Counted from the first letter of the stretch, positions 39,335 through 49,748 are shown. The stretch is DNA of 64,000 nucleotides from a virus (IMGVR_UViG_3300044623_000784:32001-96000), one strand, 5' to 3'. Numbers and translations: made by a program. The notes: generated from the letters alone by a model not told the origin.

Positions 39335-39372
39335 TTAAGGGGGACAGGAGAGTGAACTCCCGCCCCCCATTA
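39335..39372 (-). terminator. Hairpin terminator after the major capsid gene
   Basis: Minus strand GGGGGGCGGGAG-TTCACT-CTCCTGTCCCCC-TTAATACTTT. Confidence 0.65.
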
Positions 39373-39389
39373 AAGGTACTGTTTACAGA

Positions 39390-40523
39390 TTATGAATCTG
39401 AAGCAGCGTCAGCGAATGCGATTGCATCCTCTTCTTCCCAGTTGATTCCGAAGCGAACGAATACAGTGTATTCAATTGTATCCTTCTTCGCTACGTACTC
39501 ACGGTTTACAGTGATGTCTCTTTGGAATCCCCATACACGGTTTGCAGGGAATGTCAAATCGATATAGCCTGCTGGGTAGTAAGGAACTTCCTGAACTTCA
39601 ATTCCGAGAACACGAGTTGTACGTGCTCCACCGAATGTCTGTCCGATACCATCAAGGTATGATTGGCGGTTTGCCTGGGTTGATCCTGGGACCTGTCCAG
39701 CAAATGCTTCTGCTACTGCATCAGCAAGTGTACCGTTGTTCTTAACGATTCCACCGAATGCATCTGTACCTGCGTAGAACTTAAGATTGTTCTTAAGTGC
39801 ACGGTACTTACGTGGCATTGCATTGATGATGCCCTGCATTACATCAGGTGTCCAAGCATTATCTGCTACGGTTACTACTGACTCATGTGCATCTCCGTTT
39901 GTCTTTGCCTTATTTACAAAGCCATCCATGATTGACAAGAATGATCCTGTTGCACCATCACCATTGATAGCGAGATCTTCGATATCATTTGCGAATGCGT
40001 TGGTCATCAAGCGTACTAAGTGATCTTCTAGAGCGTCACCTTCTACACCATCTTCCAATGATTCTGCTGTTACTTCCCAATCAAGACGAATCTTCTTGGT
40101 AGTAAGTTCGACCTTAGAGAATGTTGCGCCTGTGTTTGTGTATGTACCAATTGCTTGCGCTGCTGCACGAATTACACGCTCACCGACATTTACCTTCTCA
40201 AGTTCCATTGAATTAGCCTTCATTGTTACACGACGGCCATCCTTTGCTAATACTGTAGCGTCCCAAACATAGTCGATAAAACGACGTGCCTGCTCGGGGC
40301 GCAAAATTCCAGAAGCCGCTGAACCACTAGGGTTAACAGCGTTTGCTCCGCTTGTAGATCCAAGAGTTGCTGTTGGAATGTTACCAAGTGTATCTGCACC
40401 TGGGTTTGCTACTCCACCAATTCCACCTGATGCGAAAGCACCTTGGCCCTGGTAAAGTCCTGGTGCTGTTCCACCTAGATCTGAACCTGCGCCTGGCTGG
40501 TTTTTGATTATTTCTTCTGACAT
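39390..40523 (-). CDS. Major capsid protein (HK97 fold)
   Basis: GILRPEQARRFID, VTAESLED, DIEDLAINGD, LGIEV..VPY; start MSEEII at 40523 after AGGAGGTGA. Confidence 0.9.
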   Translation of the reverse strand: MSEEIIKNQPGAGSDLGGTAPGLYQGQGAFASGGIGGVANPGADTLGNIPTATLGSTSGANAVNPSGSAASGILRPEQARRFIDYVWDATVLAKDGRRVTMKANSMELEKVNVGERVIRAAAQAIGTYTNTGATFSKVELTTKKIRLDWEVTAESLEDGVEGDALEDHLVRLMTNAFANDIEDLAINGDGATGSFLSIMDGFVNKAKTNGDAHESVVTVADNAWTPDVMQGIINAMPRKYRALKNNLKFYAGTDAFGGIVKNNGTLADAVAEAFAGQVPGSTQANRQSYLDGIGQTFGGARTTRVLGIEVQEVPYYPAGYIDLTFPANRVWGFQRDITVNREYVAKKDTIEYTVFVRFGINWEEEDAIAFADAASDS

Positions 40524-40546
40524 ATTGTCACCTCCTAGTGATTTGT

Positions 40547-41125
40547 TCATTTGAATAGATCGGCTGTTTTGAGGAAACTACCGCCCCATAGGGATTTTTC
40601 AACCGTTTCAGGTTGATTCTGAAAGATATCGCCGATATCTCCAGACTTTCGGAATGCGGTGTCTGCTTCCACAGCGTCTACTCGTTTTCCAAATTCATTA
40701 AACTCATTTGATACTGCTGCAATATCTTTTGCAACTGCTGCAAATGAATCCTTTACTGTATCAACATCGACCTTTGAAGACTTAAGAAGTTCTACTTCTG
40801 CTTGCAAAGACTTTACTGTTGACACTAGATCGCTAAAGGCTGATTCTAGAGTATTTTTCATTTCAGTAACTGCTTCTGCAATTACCTCTTCTGACTTAGA
40901 TACTTCTACAACTGCTTCTGTTACTGCCTCGACTGCTTCAGCATCTTCTGCTTTTACAATCTCTTCTGCTACAACTTCATCAGTCTTGACAACATCTGCT
41001 GTCTCAACCTCTTCTGCCTTAGCAACTTCCTCAGTAACCTCTGCAACTGATGCATCTGCCTCTGGAGCGACCACAACATCTTCAATTACGTCTGTCTTTT
41101 CAACTTGTGTTTTTGATTTTGTCAT
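40547..41125 (-). CDS. Probable nested in-frame scaffold protein (192 aa)
   Basis: AAGGAGGT-ACAACCT-ATG inside the protease ORF, in frame (Met254, MTKSKTQVE). Confidence 0.6.
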   Translation of the reverse strand: MTKSKTQVEKTDVIEDVVVAPEADASVAEVTEEVAKAEEVETADVVKTDEVVAEEIVKAEDAEAVEAVTEAVVEVSKSEEVIAEAVTEMKNTLESAFSDLVSTVKSLQAEVELLKSSKVDVDTVKDSFAAVAKDIAAVSNEFNEFGKRVDAVEADTAFRKSGDIGDIFQNQPETVEKSLWGGSFLKTADLFK

Positions 41126-41884
41126 AGGTTGTACCTCCTTGTTAATCTTAGAAGTATTAATGCCTTTAGCACTATCAACTAAGAATTTTATCATGTCTGT
41201 CTTTTCGTTATCTGTTTTTTCAACGAAACCTATATTTGCCATTTGCTCACCAGTAGTTGGACTTAACTCTGACTCATTTTCTGAAACCATAACAATGCCT
41301 GATTCCTTATCATAAAAAACATTTTCTAGTACTGTCTCGTCGCCCTTAATGATGTCTACTCCATCTACCTTTTCAACAGATACAATGTTTGCAAACTGAT
41401 TTGCTGGGGAATCTACAAGACTCAACTCAACCAAATCATATTGCTTAATAATTCTAATTGCTTTTTCTGACTTTTCGTCATAACCGTCATCCCACTTGTT
41501 CATTCGTCCACCAATAGAAAAACCAGTTAGCGTTCCATCTAAAACTTTTTCCCAAGTATCTTGTGCACCCTTTGAAACATATGCTGATACGAATACGCCA
41601 TTATAAAACTTCTTTGAGTCTGGATCAAAATACTTATCTGCTTTAAATGAAACCATCTTTCCTACTGCTAGTGGCTGATGCATTTCTCTGATGTTCCCTC
41701 GGAATTTTGCAAATGCATCCATTGATGCTTCTGCTGTTACAATATCATCTTGCTTATCAATATTGTCTAAAGAGGCAAATCCAGAAACGATTCGACGCTC
41801 CTTGTCCACCTTAGTAAGTGGCATGGAAAGACGTAAATTTTCCCCATCTGAATTCCAATGGGCTTTGGATATATTGCTCACCAT
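40547..41884 (-). CDS. Prohead protease fused to scaffold domain
   Basis: VSGFAS..DKQDD, IREMH, GFSIGG, ELSLVDSPAN; acidic helical C-half. Confidence 0.88.
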   Translation of the reverse strand: MVSNISKAHWNSDGENLRLSMPLTKVDKERRIVSGFASLDNIDKQDDIVTAEASMDAFAKFRGNIREMHQPLAVGKMVSFKADKYFDPDSKKFYNGVFVSAYVSKGAQDTWEKVLDGTLTGFSIGGRMNKWDDGYDEKSEKAIRIIKQYDLVELSLVDSPANQFANIVSVEKVDGVDIIKGDETVLENVFYDKESGIVMVSENESELSPTTGEQMANIGFVEKTDNEKTDMIKFLVDSAKGINTSKINKEVQPMTKSKTQVEKTDVIEDVVVAPEADASVAEVTEEVAKAEEVETADVVKTDEVVAEEIVKAEDAEAVEAVTEAVVEVSKSEEVIAEAVTEMKNTLESAFSDLVSTVKSLQAEVELLKSSKVDVDTVKDSFAAVAKDIAAVSNEFNEFGKRVDAVEADTAFRKSGDIGDIFQNQPETVEKSLWGGSFLKTADLFK

Positions 41885-41936
41885 TATATTATAAACCCCC
41901 TTTTATAAATATATCACAATGTGGACATATTAGACA

Positions 41937-43529
41937 TTAAGGGTTGCTTCGACCCTCTCCCTTTGGGTTTCTTCCAGCAACGGTTGAAGTGCTATCAGAA
42001 TTATTATTTGTTCGTTCAGAGTCTCTTGCTCTTGTTGTATTTGCTTCTGCTGCCGTGGTTGGTTTAAGGTCTAAGACCTCATCGCCACCATCTCTTTGTG
42101 GCATATCCAAAACAACTCTTGCCTCGTTAGGAGTCATGATCTGATTCTTAACATAACGCTCAAGGATTTGAGACTGTGCAATTTCATCTGTCAATGTCAA
42201 CTCGTTAAATACAAACTCAATGATATCTGTCTTTTCACGAATAATCTTGTTGATCATTTTTTCAAGTTGTCTCTGTGCTGGTCTTGCAACCTGCTCCTTA
42301 AAGGTACGATCCTGTGCAAGTGCTGCTGCTATAGATCCAGAATCGCCACCTCCAAGTTTAGATAGTGGTACTTGATGTGCTACTAGGATGTCATCACGGT
42401 TTTGTTTACGATACTCTTTAAATGAGCCGTCCTGTATGCCGTCTTCGATGGGCTCCATCTTGAATTCAACTTTGTTATTTTCGCTATCACCTGGAAGTGG
42501 AATATATAGCGTTCTGTGTGACTGCCCTCTGAGATTTGTCTGCAAGAATCGGAACATCTTATCTTCTGCATCTCCAGAAAGTTTTGCACCCTTTAATGTT
42601 ACAACGTATCTTGGAACTGCCTTGTTTGCAAAGTAGTCGATGTTATATTGTGAGGCAAGTGAGTCTCCATGTAATGAGTTGATAGCCGACATAATGTCTG
42701 GCACTCCGTAGAATGTATTCAGAGGTGAGTACTGCTTAAAGTGAATAATCTCGTTTGGTCTAGCATCTGTTGTTAGTGGGTTTGGATTCTTTGCTCCGAA
42801 GTTACGGAAGTAGACAATCTTATTTCCAATGATCTGAACATAGCCGTCTTTGATTCTTCTTACTCGCATTGTTGTCGCTGGTATATGTCCAACGTATCCA
42901 ATTTCTCCACGAGTGGTTCTACCAATTTCAAGGTAACCATTTCCAGTTGACTGTAAGTCTGTGTAAACCTTTTCCATTGTGGCTGTAAAAGAGTCGTCGT
43001 CATTAAGTGACTCTAGCCAGTCTCTTGCTTCAATCTTTGTTCTTTCAATTCTCTTTCTTGCCTTCTGTGTTGCACTGTTATCTTCTGATGACTCAAGTCT
43101 CATCATTGTTCTTTGAGAAACCTTGAACTCATAACCAAGTCCAACGATGTTCTCTACCTTGGCATCAATTGCTGCGTGGTTTGCAAATGAAGTGTCATAG
43201 TAGTTTGCTAATTCATAAAGGTTCCATGGTGGTGTAATGACATCGAACATTCCGTAGCCGTTTACATATACTAACCCTGGGTTTATTTCTTTTGACTGTG
43301 CTCCATCAATACCGCTTTTTCCAGCAAGTGCTGCAGTTGTATATTGTGTTGTTGGCTCAACCATCTTGGTTGCAGATCTGCTGATGCGCCTTTTAAAATT
43401 TGCTTCTAGTCCGTCAAGAGACTTTAGTGTATCCCAGTTACCATTAAATGGATCTGACTTTGAAAAGGTGTCATCCTTCTTTATTGCATCATCAATTCTT
43501 GCACCGATTTCGTACTCATTATATTCCAT
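41937..43529 (-). CDS. Portal protein
   Basis: HAAIDAKVENIVGLG, TGNGYLEI, EIIHFK..YGVP, IMTPNEAR. Confidence 0.92.
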   Translation of the reverse strand: MEYNEYEIGARIDDAIKKDDTFSKSDPFNGNWDTLKSLDGLEANFKRRISRSATKMVEPTTQYTTAALAGKSGIDGAQSKEINPGLVYVNGYGMFDVITPPWNLYELANYYDTSFANHAAIDAKVENIVGLGYEFKVSQRTMMRLESSEDNSATQKARKRIERTKIEARDWLESLNDDDSFTATMEKVYTDLQSTGNGYLEIGRTTRGEIGYVGHIPATTMRVRRIKDGYVQIIGNKIVYFRNFGAKNPNPLTTDARPNEIIHFKQYSPLNTFYGVPDIMSAINSLHGDSLASQYNIDYFANKAVPRYVVTLKGAKLSGDAEDKMFRFLQTNLRGQSHRTLYIPLPGDSENNKVEFKMEPIEDGIQDGSFKEYRKQNRDDILVAHQVPLSKLGGGDSGSIAAALAQDRTFKEQVARPAQRQLEKMINKIIREKTDIIEFVFNELTLTDEIAQSQILERYVKNQIMTPNEARVVLDMPQRDGGDEVLDLKPTTAAEANTTRARDSERTNNNSDSTSTVAGRNPKGEGRSNP

Positions 43530-43531
43530 AA

Positions 43532-43918
43532 TTAGTCCTCGTCTCCATACTTAGCAATAGTATCTTTTGCTGCCTGAACTGCACCAAGGTCATTTAGAGA
43601 AGGAATAAGTCCAGCGTTTAGTCTATCAACTTGCTCAGAATACTCTTCTTCAGAAACTCTTGTTAGTCCTGGAACAAACACACAGGTACCATCTCCTGGG
43701 TCTCCATAATGCATTGCAGTCTTTTTTAATTCTGCCATTCTTGAAATATCGTTTTTGTCTGAAGGAATATTAAGCACAGAGCCATTGCCATCTGTAAACC
43801 ACTTGCCGTTTGCCTTCTTATACACATAAAGACCCCAGTCATAGTTTTTTTCAATGACTTGTCGTCTTACATTCTTTACAATTGGTTGACCAGTTTTTGG
43901 GTCTATTAATGAATCCAT
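43532..43918 (-). CDS. Hypothetical protein upstream of portal
   Basis: About 128 aa; ATG 43918 lies 7 nt after TGGTATACT (alternative ATG at 43924). Confidence 0.7.
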   Translation of the reverse strand: MDSLIDPKTGQPIVKNVRRQVIEKNYDWGLYVYKKANGKWFTDGNGSVLNIPSDKNDISRMAELKKTAMHYGDPGDGTCVFVPGLTRVSEEEYSEQVDRLNAGLIPSLNDLGAVQAAKDTIAKYGDED

Positions 43919-43925
43919 AACCATA

Positions 43926-43934
43926 AGTATACCA
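43926..43934 (-). promoter_or_regulatory. Extended -10 promoter TGGTATACT
   Basis: Upstream of the head gene block; leaderless spacing. Confidence 0.65.
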
Positions 43935-43936
43935 TA

Positions 43937-46900
43937 TCAAACTGGATCTACTACTACCTGGTTCCAATTTACATCCGAATAGGCAGTATATTTGTAATTG
44001 CCTAGACGTAAAACCTTATCAGTATCGACTATGATCTTGTTTGTTCCAGTATAACTTTTATAAACTTCAGAAGGGTTTACCCCATAATAACTTGTTTCTG
44101 ATAAAACCAGTACCTTATTCCAGTTAAACGAACCAGTATTCCAGAACTTCCAGTCCAAGTCTAGACCATTTAGTACCTTAACCCTAAACCATGGTCTCTC
44201 TGCTACATTCTGGACTTCTTGCAAGTTTGTTGACTGATAGAAAGAAATGTTGTTAAATAACAGTGGGCCAGTCAATCTTATTGCCCCCTCAAAATATGAA
44301 AAGTTTAAACTATCTGCAAACTCAATTCCCAAAAATCCCCAGTCTTCTAATGATATAACTGGCTCTCTTACTATCTTTCCGTTCCAATAAAAACCAATGC
44401 CGTCTTGAACTAGTCCAGTTTTTGTATCTATGGCATATACTTTTGCTCGTCTTCCGCTTGGGTCACAAGCAACCATATAGAACTTTATGTAAGACTCTTT
44501 ACTTTCTATCTCAAATATTTCTGTTGGAGCATATGGGAAATACTCACCATCAAACCTAACGGCAAGTTGCAAGGCAATTACTTTAAACCCGTCTGCTCTG
44601 CTTGTATTGACTGGAATCATAAGACCTCTATTTACTAGCGGATCATATGTTCCTTTTAGTTGTACTCCGCTTGTCTTTGTTAAATATAAGTATGGTGATG
44701 ATCCTGTATAAATTGAAAAAGGATTGTTCTTTTTAAAGTTATAATAAATTCCAGTTTTTGTGTATGGATAAATAGGAGTTCCAAATGTTGTTCCTATTGG
44801 GCTTGCGTCAGATTCATTTAATGCTTGAGAAGCATAAGACAATTTCTTAATGCTGACGTTATTGATTAAAGAGTTTTTTACATTTACGTCTATGTGTGTA
44901 ACAATTGATAGGTCATTAAAGTCAACTCCTGATGGTGGATAGATAATCATGTTATCTACTACTTCATATTTTGTTGTCATCCAATCGGTTCCTGGAATCA
45001 AAACTCCGTTTCTTGCTGGTCTTTCTATTTTAACAAAATAATCTGTTACTGCGTTAGCACCTAATTCTGTATATTGAAATGTAACATATGTTTTTACTAA
45101 TGCTCCATCTGTGTCATATTTGTAATCTTTTGATATCTTATTTTTTAAATCTTCATAATCGTTATATCCTGTAAATAAATAGTTATCGAGTGACTCATAA
45201 CTTCTTTGAACTGGAACTCCATACTCATTTGCAAGATCTGCGTATGTCCAATCAATTGGGTTTGTTTCTATGGCAATTGTTTTTGATGGGATTGGATAGT
45301 TTATGTTAAACTGTATAAAGTCAAGATCAAAATACTGATCCCCCCTTGTGTCAAAAACTGACTCTGCAAAATAGGTAAGAGGTAAGTTGTCCTCCCAGTA
45401 TCCATTGGCTGAAACAGCAAGAGTATATGTTTCAAATAAAATGTCTGGACACAATGTATAACTGGCTGTATGTTCAACTAGGTAATCTTCCTCTAAAGGT
45501 ATAACCCCTCCACCAGAGAGTGCTCCAGGGACTAAGTCAGTTAGACCACCGTAAGGAGGTAGAGACACTGTGTCATATCCACCATCTATGTCTATTGTTT
45601 GATTATTTTGATACATAAAAAATATGTCTTCATGAAGTTTTGGAACTCCGACTGAGTTAAACAAAGTTTTTATTTTTTGAAAATTATACTTTGTTGCAAA
45701 TCCAACATTGTATACCTTACCAGTAAATGTTTTAGTGTTATCTTTTTCTCCTGCAACATATAGTCTTAAATCTGCTAAAGATCCAAAGAACTCTGCCACA
45801 GGGTTTCCAAACAGTTCTACAAACCTTGGTATGTTGATGCCAACTTCAAAAAAGTCGTTTGCGTCTAGAACTTGCGAAGAATACAGCGTCTCTGAATTTC
45901 CATTGGTGTTAATTACGTATTCTAGGATATTATTCCTTACCCGTATAACAAAAGAATTTGATTTGTTTTCTTTTTCAATCTTAAAAAGTGTTTGTGGCTC
46001 TGTTACATTTCCTCTTAACTGGAAGCATCCATAAAATGCAGAGATAGGGGTTTGCAAAAAGTCAAATTTTTCAAAGAAAAGATGCCCATTAGTATCATTC
46101 CAAGTGCTATTTGGTCTAAAAGAAAAATAATCTTTTGCATCGTAGAAAAAATTTGATATGTCGGCTGTGTTGTTGGCAACCTTGTTGTCTTGAAATAACT
46201 GCTTCTCTGTTTTTGATGATAGAACAACTTTGGGAAGTGGGTGGTTAACTACTGAGATTGCTCTATTTGCAGTTGTAAGGTTATCGCTAAACCCTTGATT
46301 CCAATTACCAGTATCTGGGTATGAGTAGTTTGCTGTATAGTCTGCAAAAGAATAATCAATTGCAATAGACGTTCCACTATAGGATGTATTTATATTTTCT
46401 GGTATTTCAACACCCTGACCAAAAACAAATCGTCTTTTTGCAACAGCATTAGGCACTAGGTATGGATAAATGCCAACACAATCTATGTCTATTGGAGAAA
46501 CATCATCATACGCATAAAACCCTATCCAGTCTTGATTTTTTCCATCCGAGTTTAACTCGCTTGGAAGAACTGCTACATCTTGTGAATATGAGATAGAGAT
46601 TACCTCTTGACCATTAATCAACAAAGAAGCAGCGTCTTTGCCAACTTTAAAATGAAGAAGCATTGGTCTTGTCCATTCACCAACGTAGTTTGTTTTATAC
46701 TGGTTGTTGACTTTTATTCCTATTGATGGTCCATCTACATATATACCGTCGTTTGATCCAATTGGTCCAATAATTCTTTTAGTTGCATTTGTGTAGGAGT
46801 TTATTCTTATCCAGGTTTCAAGTGTGTATTGTTTGAATTGTCCAACCTCATTTAGCATACCAACTCCAGGAACGATAAGTGATGGAAGGTTATTGTTTGG

Positions 46901-47689
46901 ATATAAAATTGTGTGCCCTGGGGTTCCATAAACAATTGGCATACCAGCATTTTTTGCTTTTAGCATGTTGTCAGACACAAGGTAGTACCCGTCTAACTCT
47001 TGAAGACCGTAACACCTTGCAACTACTGCATCTTTCACAGATAATGCAATATTTTTATTAGTTATATCTACAGGCTTTACTCCAAGAGAAGTGGATGCAA
47101 ACTCTTCTGACCACTGTCCTAAAGTTAGTCCATTTATTCTAAAAACATTCTCTGAAGCAATTACTCCTACGTAATTTATCTTAAGCACGAGTCTAATTGC
47201 TGTGTCATCTGGAGGAGCATCAAAAGTTTCTGATATAAAGACCCAGTTGGTATTTACAACTGTATCAAAGTTTTTGAGGTGAGTTATAATTTGATTACTA
47301 GTTTGATCTGTATACTGGTAGCCAATTTCAAATCCAGAAATATATGCAGTCTCTGAATAAAAATATGCCCCTACAGAAAATGTTCTAAGATATTTATTAA
47401 ACTTTTTTATGTCAAATATATCTTTGCTTGTCAGCATTACAGACGCAGTCTTACTAACTGTTTGATTTGCAGTAATTCGTCCAACGTAACTGCCAAGAAA
47501 TGGCTCCCCTATGGACTCTGGATAGTCGGCAACTGTTCCGCCAACTATGTCCCACTTTGCAGTATTGGATAGAATCCTGTCAGACTCTGAGATTAAAGAA
47601 ATATAGTCTGCATTATCGTCTAATGACCATAACCCAGTAGGGTGCTCGGCAAAGACTTTTTCGGCATATAGGTTTGACGGAGTAGACAT
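43937..47689 (-). CDS. Large putative virion protein with concanavalin A/LamG-like segments
   Basis: 1250 aa; EHPTGLWSLDD, YTLETWIRI, SLLINGQEV, FTGKVYNV motifs. Confidence 0.55.
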   Translation of the reverse strand: MSTPSNLYAEKVFAEHPTGLWSLDDNADYISLISESDRILSNTAKWDIVGGTVADYPESIGEPFLGSYVGRITANQTVSKTASVMLTSKDIFDIKKFNKYLRTFSVGAYFYSETAYISGFEIGYQYTDQTSNQIITHLKNFDTVVNTNWVFISETFDAPPDDTAIRLVLKINYVGVIASENVFRINGLTLGQWSEEFASTSLGVKPVDITNKNIALSVKDAVVARCYGLQELDGYYLVSDNMLKAKNAGMPIVYGTPGHTILYPNNNLPSLIVPGVGMLNEVGQFKQYTLETWIRINSYTNATKRIIGPIGSNDGIYVDGPSIGIKVNNQYKTNYVGEWTRPMLLHFKVGKDAASLLINGQEVISISYSQDVAVLPSELNSDGKNQDWIGFYAYDDVSPIDIDCVGIYPYLVPNAVAKRRFVFGQGVEIPENINTSYSGTSIAIDYSFADYTANYSYPDTGNWNQGFSDNLTTANRAISVVNHPLPKVVLSSKTEKQLFQDNKVANNTADISNFFYDAKDYFSFRPNSTWNDTNGHLFFEKFDFLQTPISAFYGCFQLRGNVTEPQTLFKIEKENKSNSFVIRVRNNILEYVINTNGNSETLYSSQVLDANDFFEVGINIPRFVELFGNPVAEFFGSLADLRLYVAGEKDNTKTFTGKVYNVGFATKYNFQKIKTLFNSVGVPKLHEDIFFMYQNNQTIDIDGGYDTVSLPPYGGLTDLVPGALSGGGVIPLEEDYLVEHTASYTLCPDILFETYTLAVSANGYWEDNLPLTYFAESVFDTRGDQYFDLDFIQFNINYPIPSKTIAIETNPIDWTYADLANEYGVPVQRSYESLDNYLFTGYNDYEDLKNKISKDYKYDTDGALVKTYVTFQYTELGANAVTDYFVKIERPARNGVLIPGTDWMTTKYEVVDNMIIYPPSGVDFNDLSIVTHIDVNVKNSLINNVSIKKLSYASQALNESDASPIGTTFGTPIYPYTKTGIYYNFKKNNPFSIYTGSSPYLYLTKTSGVQLKGTYDPLVNRGLMIPVNTSRADGFKVIALQLAVRFDGEYFPYAPTEIFEIESKESYIKFYMVACDPSGRRAKVYAIDTKTGLVQDGIGFYWNGKIVREPVISLEDWGFLGIEFADSLNFSYFEGAIRLTGPLLFNNISFYQSTNLQEVQNVAERPWFRVKVLNGLDLDWKFWNTGSFNWNKVLVLSETSYYGVNPSEVYKSYTGTNKIIVDTDKVLRLGNYKYTAYSDVNWNQVVVDPV

Positions 47690-47698
47690 TATAAGTCT

Positions 47699-47707
47699 AT
47701 TTTACCA
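47699..47707 (-). promoter_or_regulatory. Extended -10-like TGGTAAAAT
   Basis: In the 25-nt gap, 9 nt before ATG 47689. Confidence 0.5.
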
Positions 47708-47714
47708 CAGAAGA

Positions 47715-49748
47715 CTACTTGTTTATTTTAATTTCACAGTAATCTGTTGTGCAGTATGCCTCACCTTGAGCCTCAAGATTATCTACACCGTCGTAAATTG
47801 CAGCAAAATCAATATGCTTTAACTTACCAACATAGGACTCATATTGCTCTTCAGTAATCTGAGTATATGGTTGTTGCGGATATGTGTGATTTCCCATTGG
47901 TAGGAATGAAACTGCCTTTAGTTGTCCCTCGTACATGTGAAGTGCTGGAACAACATGCTTTGACTCTGTTTCCTTATCAAATGACAGTGTTACAGAAACA
48001 CCATTGTCAGACCAGTACTTCTGAGCAGTTGCAGCAAGTGCAATCTTCTCAAACAATGTTACATCCTTTTCAGATCTTGGATGACCTGACTTGATTGGGA
48101 AGTAGACTACTGAGGTGTTTGCTGATACTACGTCATCTTCAATTGTGTACCCTGCTGCTTTGAACAAGTGCATCATTGGATCTGTGTTTCCAAATCGAAC
48201 TGCACGAAGGAAGAAGTTTCCTCCAGGTCCCCAGTGAACCCCAGGAGTTGCACCAGAAAGAATTGAAACTGATCCTGATGGCTTAACTGTTGTTACACGA
48301 ATTGATTCACGAACACAAAGCCATTCTGAATACTGGTGGTCATAGTGACGGATCTTGTTGTATCCCTCATCCATCCACTCACGAACAATTGGCAAACCCT
48401 TTTGATCTGCAAATGATGCTATACCTGTTAGTGACGTACCAATACGACGGTTGCGTTGCATGATACCGTTTGTTTGTGGCCAGTGTGTTGGAACAAGTGT
48501 TACGGTCTTTCCATAAAGGTATGCAAACTTAAGGGTACGCAGGAAGTCTTCCTTAGATTCATGACGATTCAAGTGCACTTCTACAAGTGTACATAGTTCG
48601 TATGATTCCAATGGCTGCTCCGCACATGGGTTAAATCCCATCACACGATAATCCTTACCGTCTGGCGCATCCTTTAGTCGTCCATAATTACGAGCAACAT
48701 CTAGCCAGATAAAACCTGGTTCTCCGTTTTCCGTAATTAAATCTACATAGTCTTCGTACTTTGTTCCTACTTCTGCTGAAATAGAATTGTTTGACATCCA
48801 GGCCCAACCTGGATTGTCTGGGTCAAACGAGTTACGCTCTGGAAATAGTTCTGCATTCTTTAGATTCATAAATGTTTCATCGCCTGCATTACCTAAAGCA
48901 AGAGTTGCTGATCTGCGGACATTGCCTGATACCACGCAGGTACCAATGAGGTTTACTAGGTCTACAATAGCACGAGAGTCTAGTGTTTCTCCGCCTCTGG
49001 AGCCGATTACACGGTCTATCTGGTCGTGCAACTTGATAAGAGGTGCAGGTCCTGATGCAACGCCTCCAAAGCCCTTGATAGGGGCTCCAAGAGGTCTGAT
49101 CAAATCATAGTTAAACTTCTGAATGCTCTGGTTTGCTCTCAAATATGAGTTGATTAGAAGTCTGACTGACTCTACCCAACCTTCACGAGTGTCTGGAATT
49201 TCGAACACCTGTTCTGGTTCTGTTGGGGCATAGATTGAAAAATTCTTATCCTGTCCCACTGTATCAAACCCTACACCAATGCCAAGCATCAATGCATCCA
49301 TAACCCAGGCAAATAGGGCTCCTGGATCATTCTTATCAAGGTCCTTTGTGGAGACCATGGCACAGTTCTGTAGTGCTGCTGAGTTCTTCTTCTCCATAGT
49401 CATAGGAGTTCCAAATGCCCACATACCACGACCTGGTGGTGTCCACTTTAATTCAAACATTCTTTGGAATGCTTCTTGTGCTGACTTCTGAGCCTTATAG
49501 TCATTCCATGGCAAACGGTTTTCTTTAGCATGATTCTTTTGAACTGAGTACATTCCCTCGATTACACGACGACAAACCTCGTGCCATCTTTCCTTAGTTC
49601 CATCTTCCTTCATACGAGAGTAAGTACGAATAAAAGTAATTTCTCCAAGTGAATTTTCTGCTGCATCTTTAAACCCGAATGGGCTTTCTTGGCTTTTGTA
49701 CTTTTCTACGAAGTCCTCTGGAAGTTTAAAACTAAAAAAATCTGACAT
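47715..49748 (-). CDS. nrdJ: Class II (adenosylcobalamin-dependent) ribonucleotide reductase, monomeric RTPR type
   Basis: RTYSR, PPGRG, LQNC, GNVRRSA, GFNPCAEQPL, TTVKPSG, C-terminal CTTDYC. Confidence 0.92.
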   Translation of the reverse strand: MSDFFSFKLPEDFVEKYKSQESPFGFKDAAENSLGEITFIRTYSRMKEDGTKERWHEVCRRVIEGMYSVQKNHAKENRLPWNDYKAQKSAQEAFQRMFELKWTPPGRGMWAFGTPMTMEKKNSAALQNCAMVSTKDLDKNDPGALFAWVMDALMLGIGVGFDTVGQDKNFSIYAPTEPEQVFEIPDTREGWVESVRLLINSYLRANQSIQKFNYDLIRPLGAPIKGFGGVASGPAPLIKLHDQIDRVIGSRGGETLDSRAIVDLVNLIGTCVVSGNVRRSATLALGNAGDETFMNLKNAELFPERNSFDPDNPGWAWMSNNSISAEVGTKYEDYVDLITENGEPGFIWLDVARNYGRLKDAPDGKDYRVMGFNPCAEQPLESYELCTLVEVHLNRHESKEDFLRTLKFAYLYGKTVTLVPTHWPQTNGIMQRNRRIGTSLTGIASFADQKGLPIVREWMDEGYNKIRHYDHQYSEWLCVRESIRVTTVKPSGSVSILSGATPGVHWGPGGNFFLRAVRFGNTDPMMHLFKAAGYTIEDDVVSANTSVVYFPIKSGHPRSEKDVTLFEKIALAATAQKYWSDNGVSVTLSFDKETESKHVVPALHMYEGQLKAVSFLPMGNHTYPQQPYTQITEEQYESYVGKLKHIDFAAIYDGVDNLEAQGEAYCTTDYCEIKINK

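Noticed and set aside
3414-49748. Inteins or introns in terL, recA, dnaE, dnaB or nrdJ
   Set aside because: Lengths are ordinary, motifs are contiguous, and no C..HN-(C/S/T) intein ends or homing endonuclease motifs were noticed.
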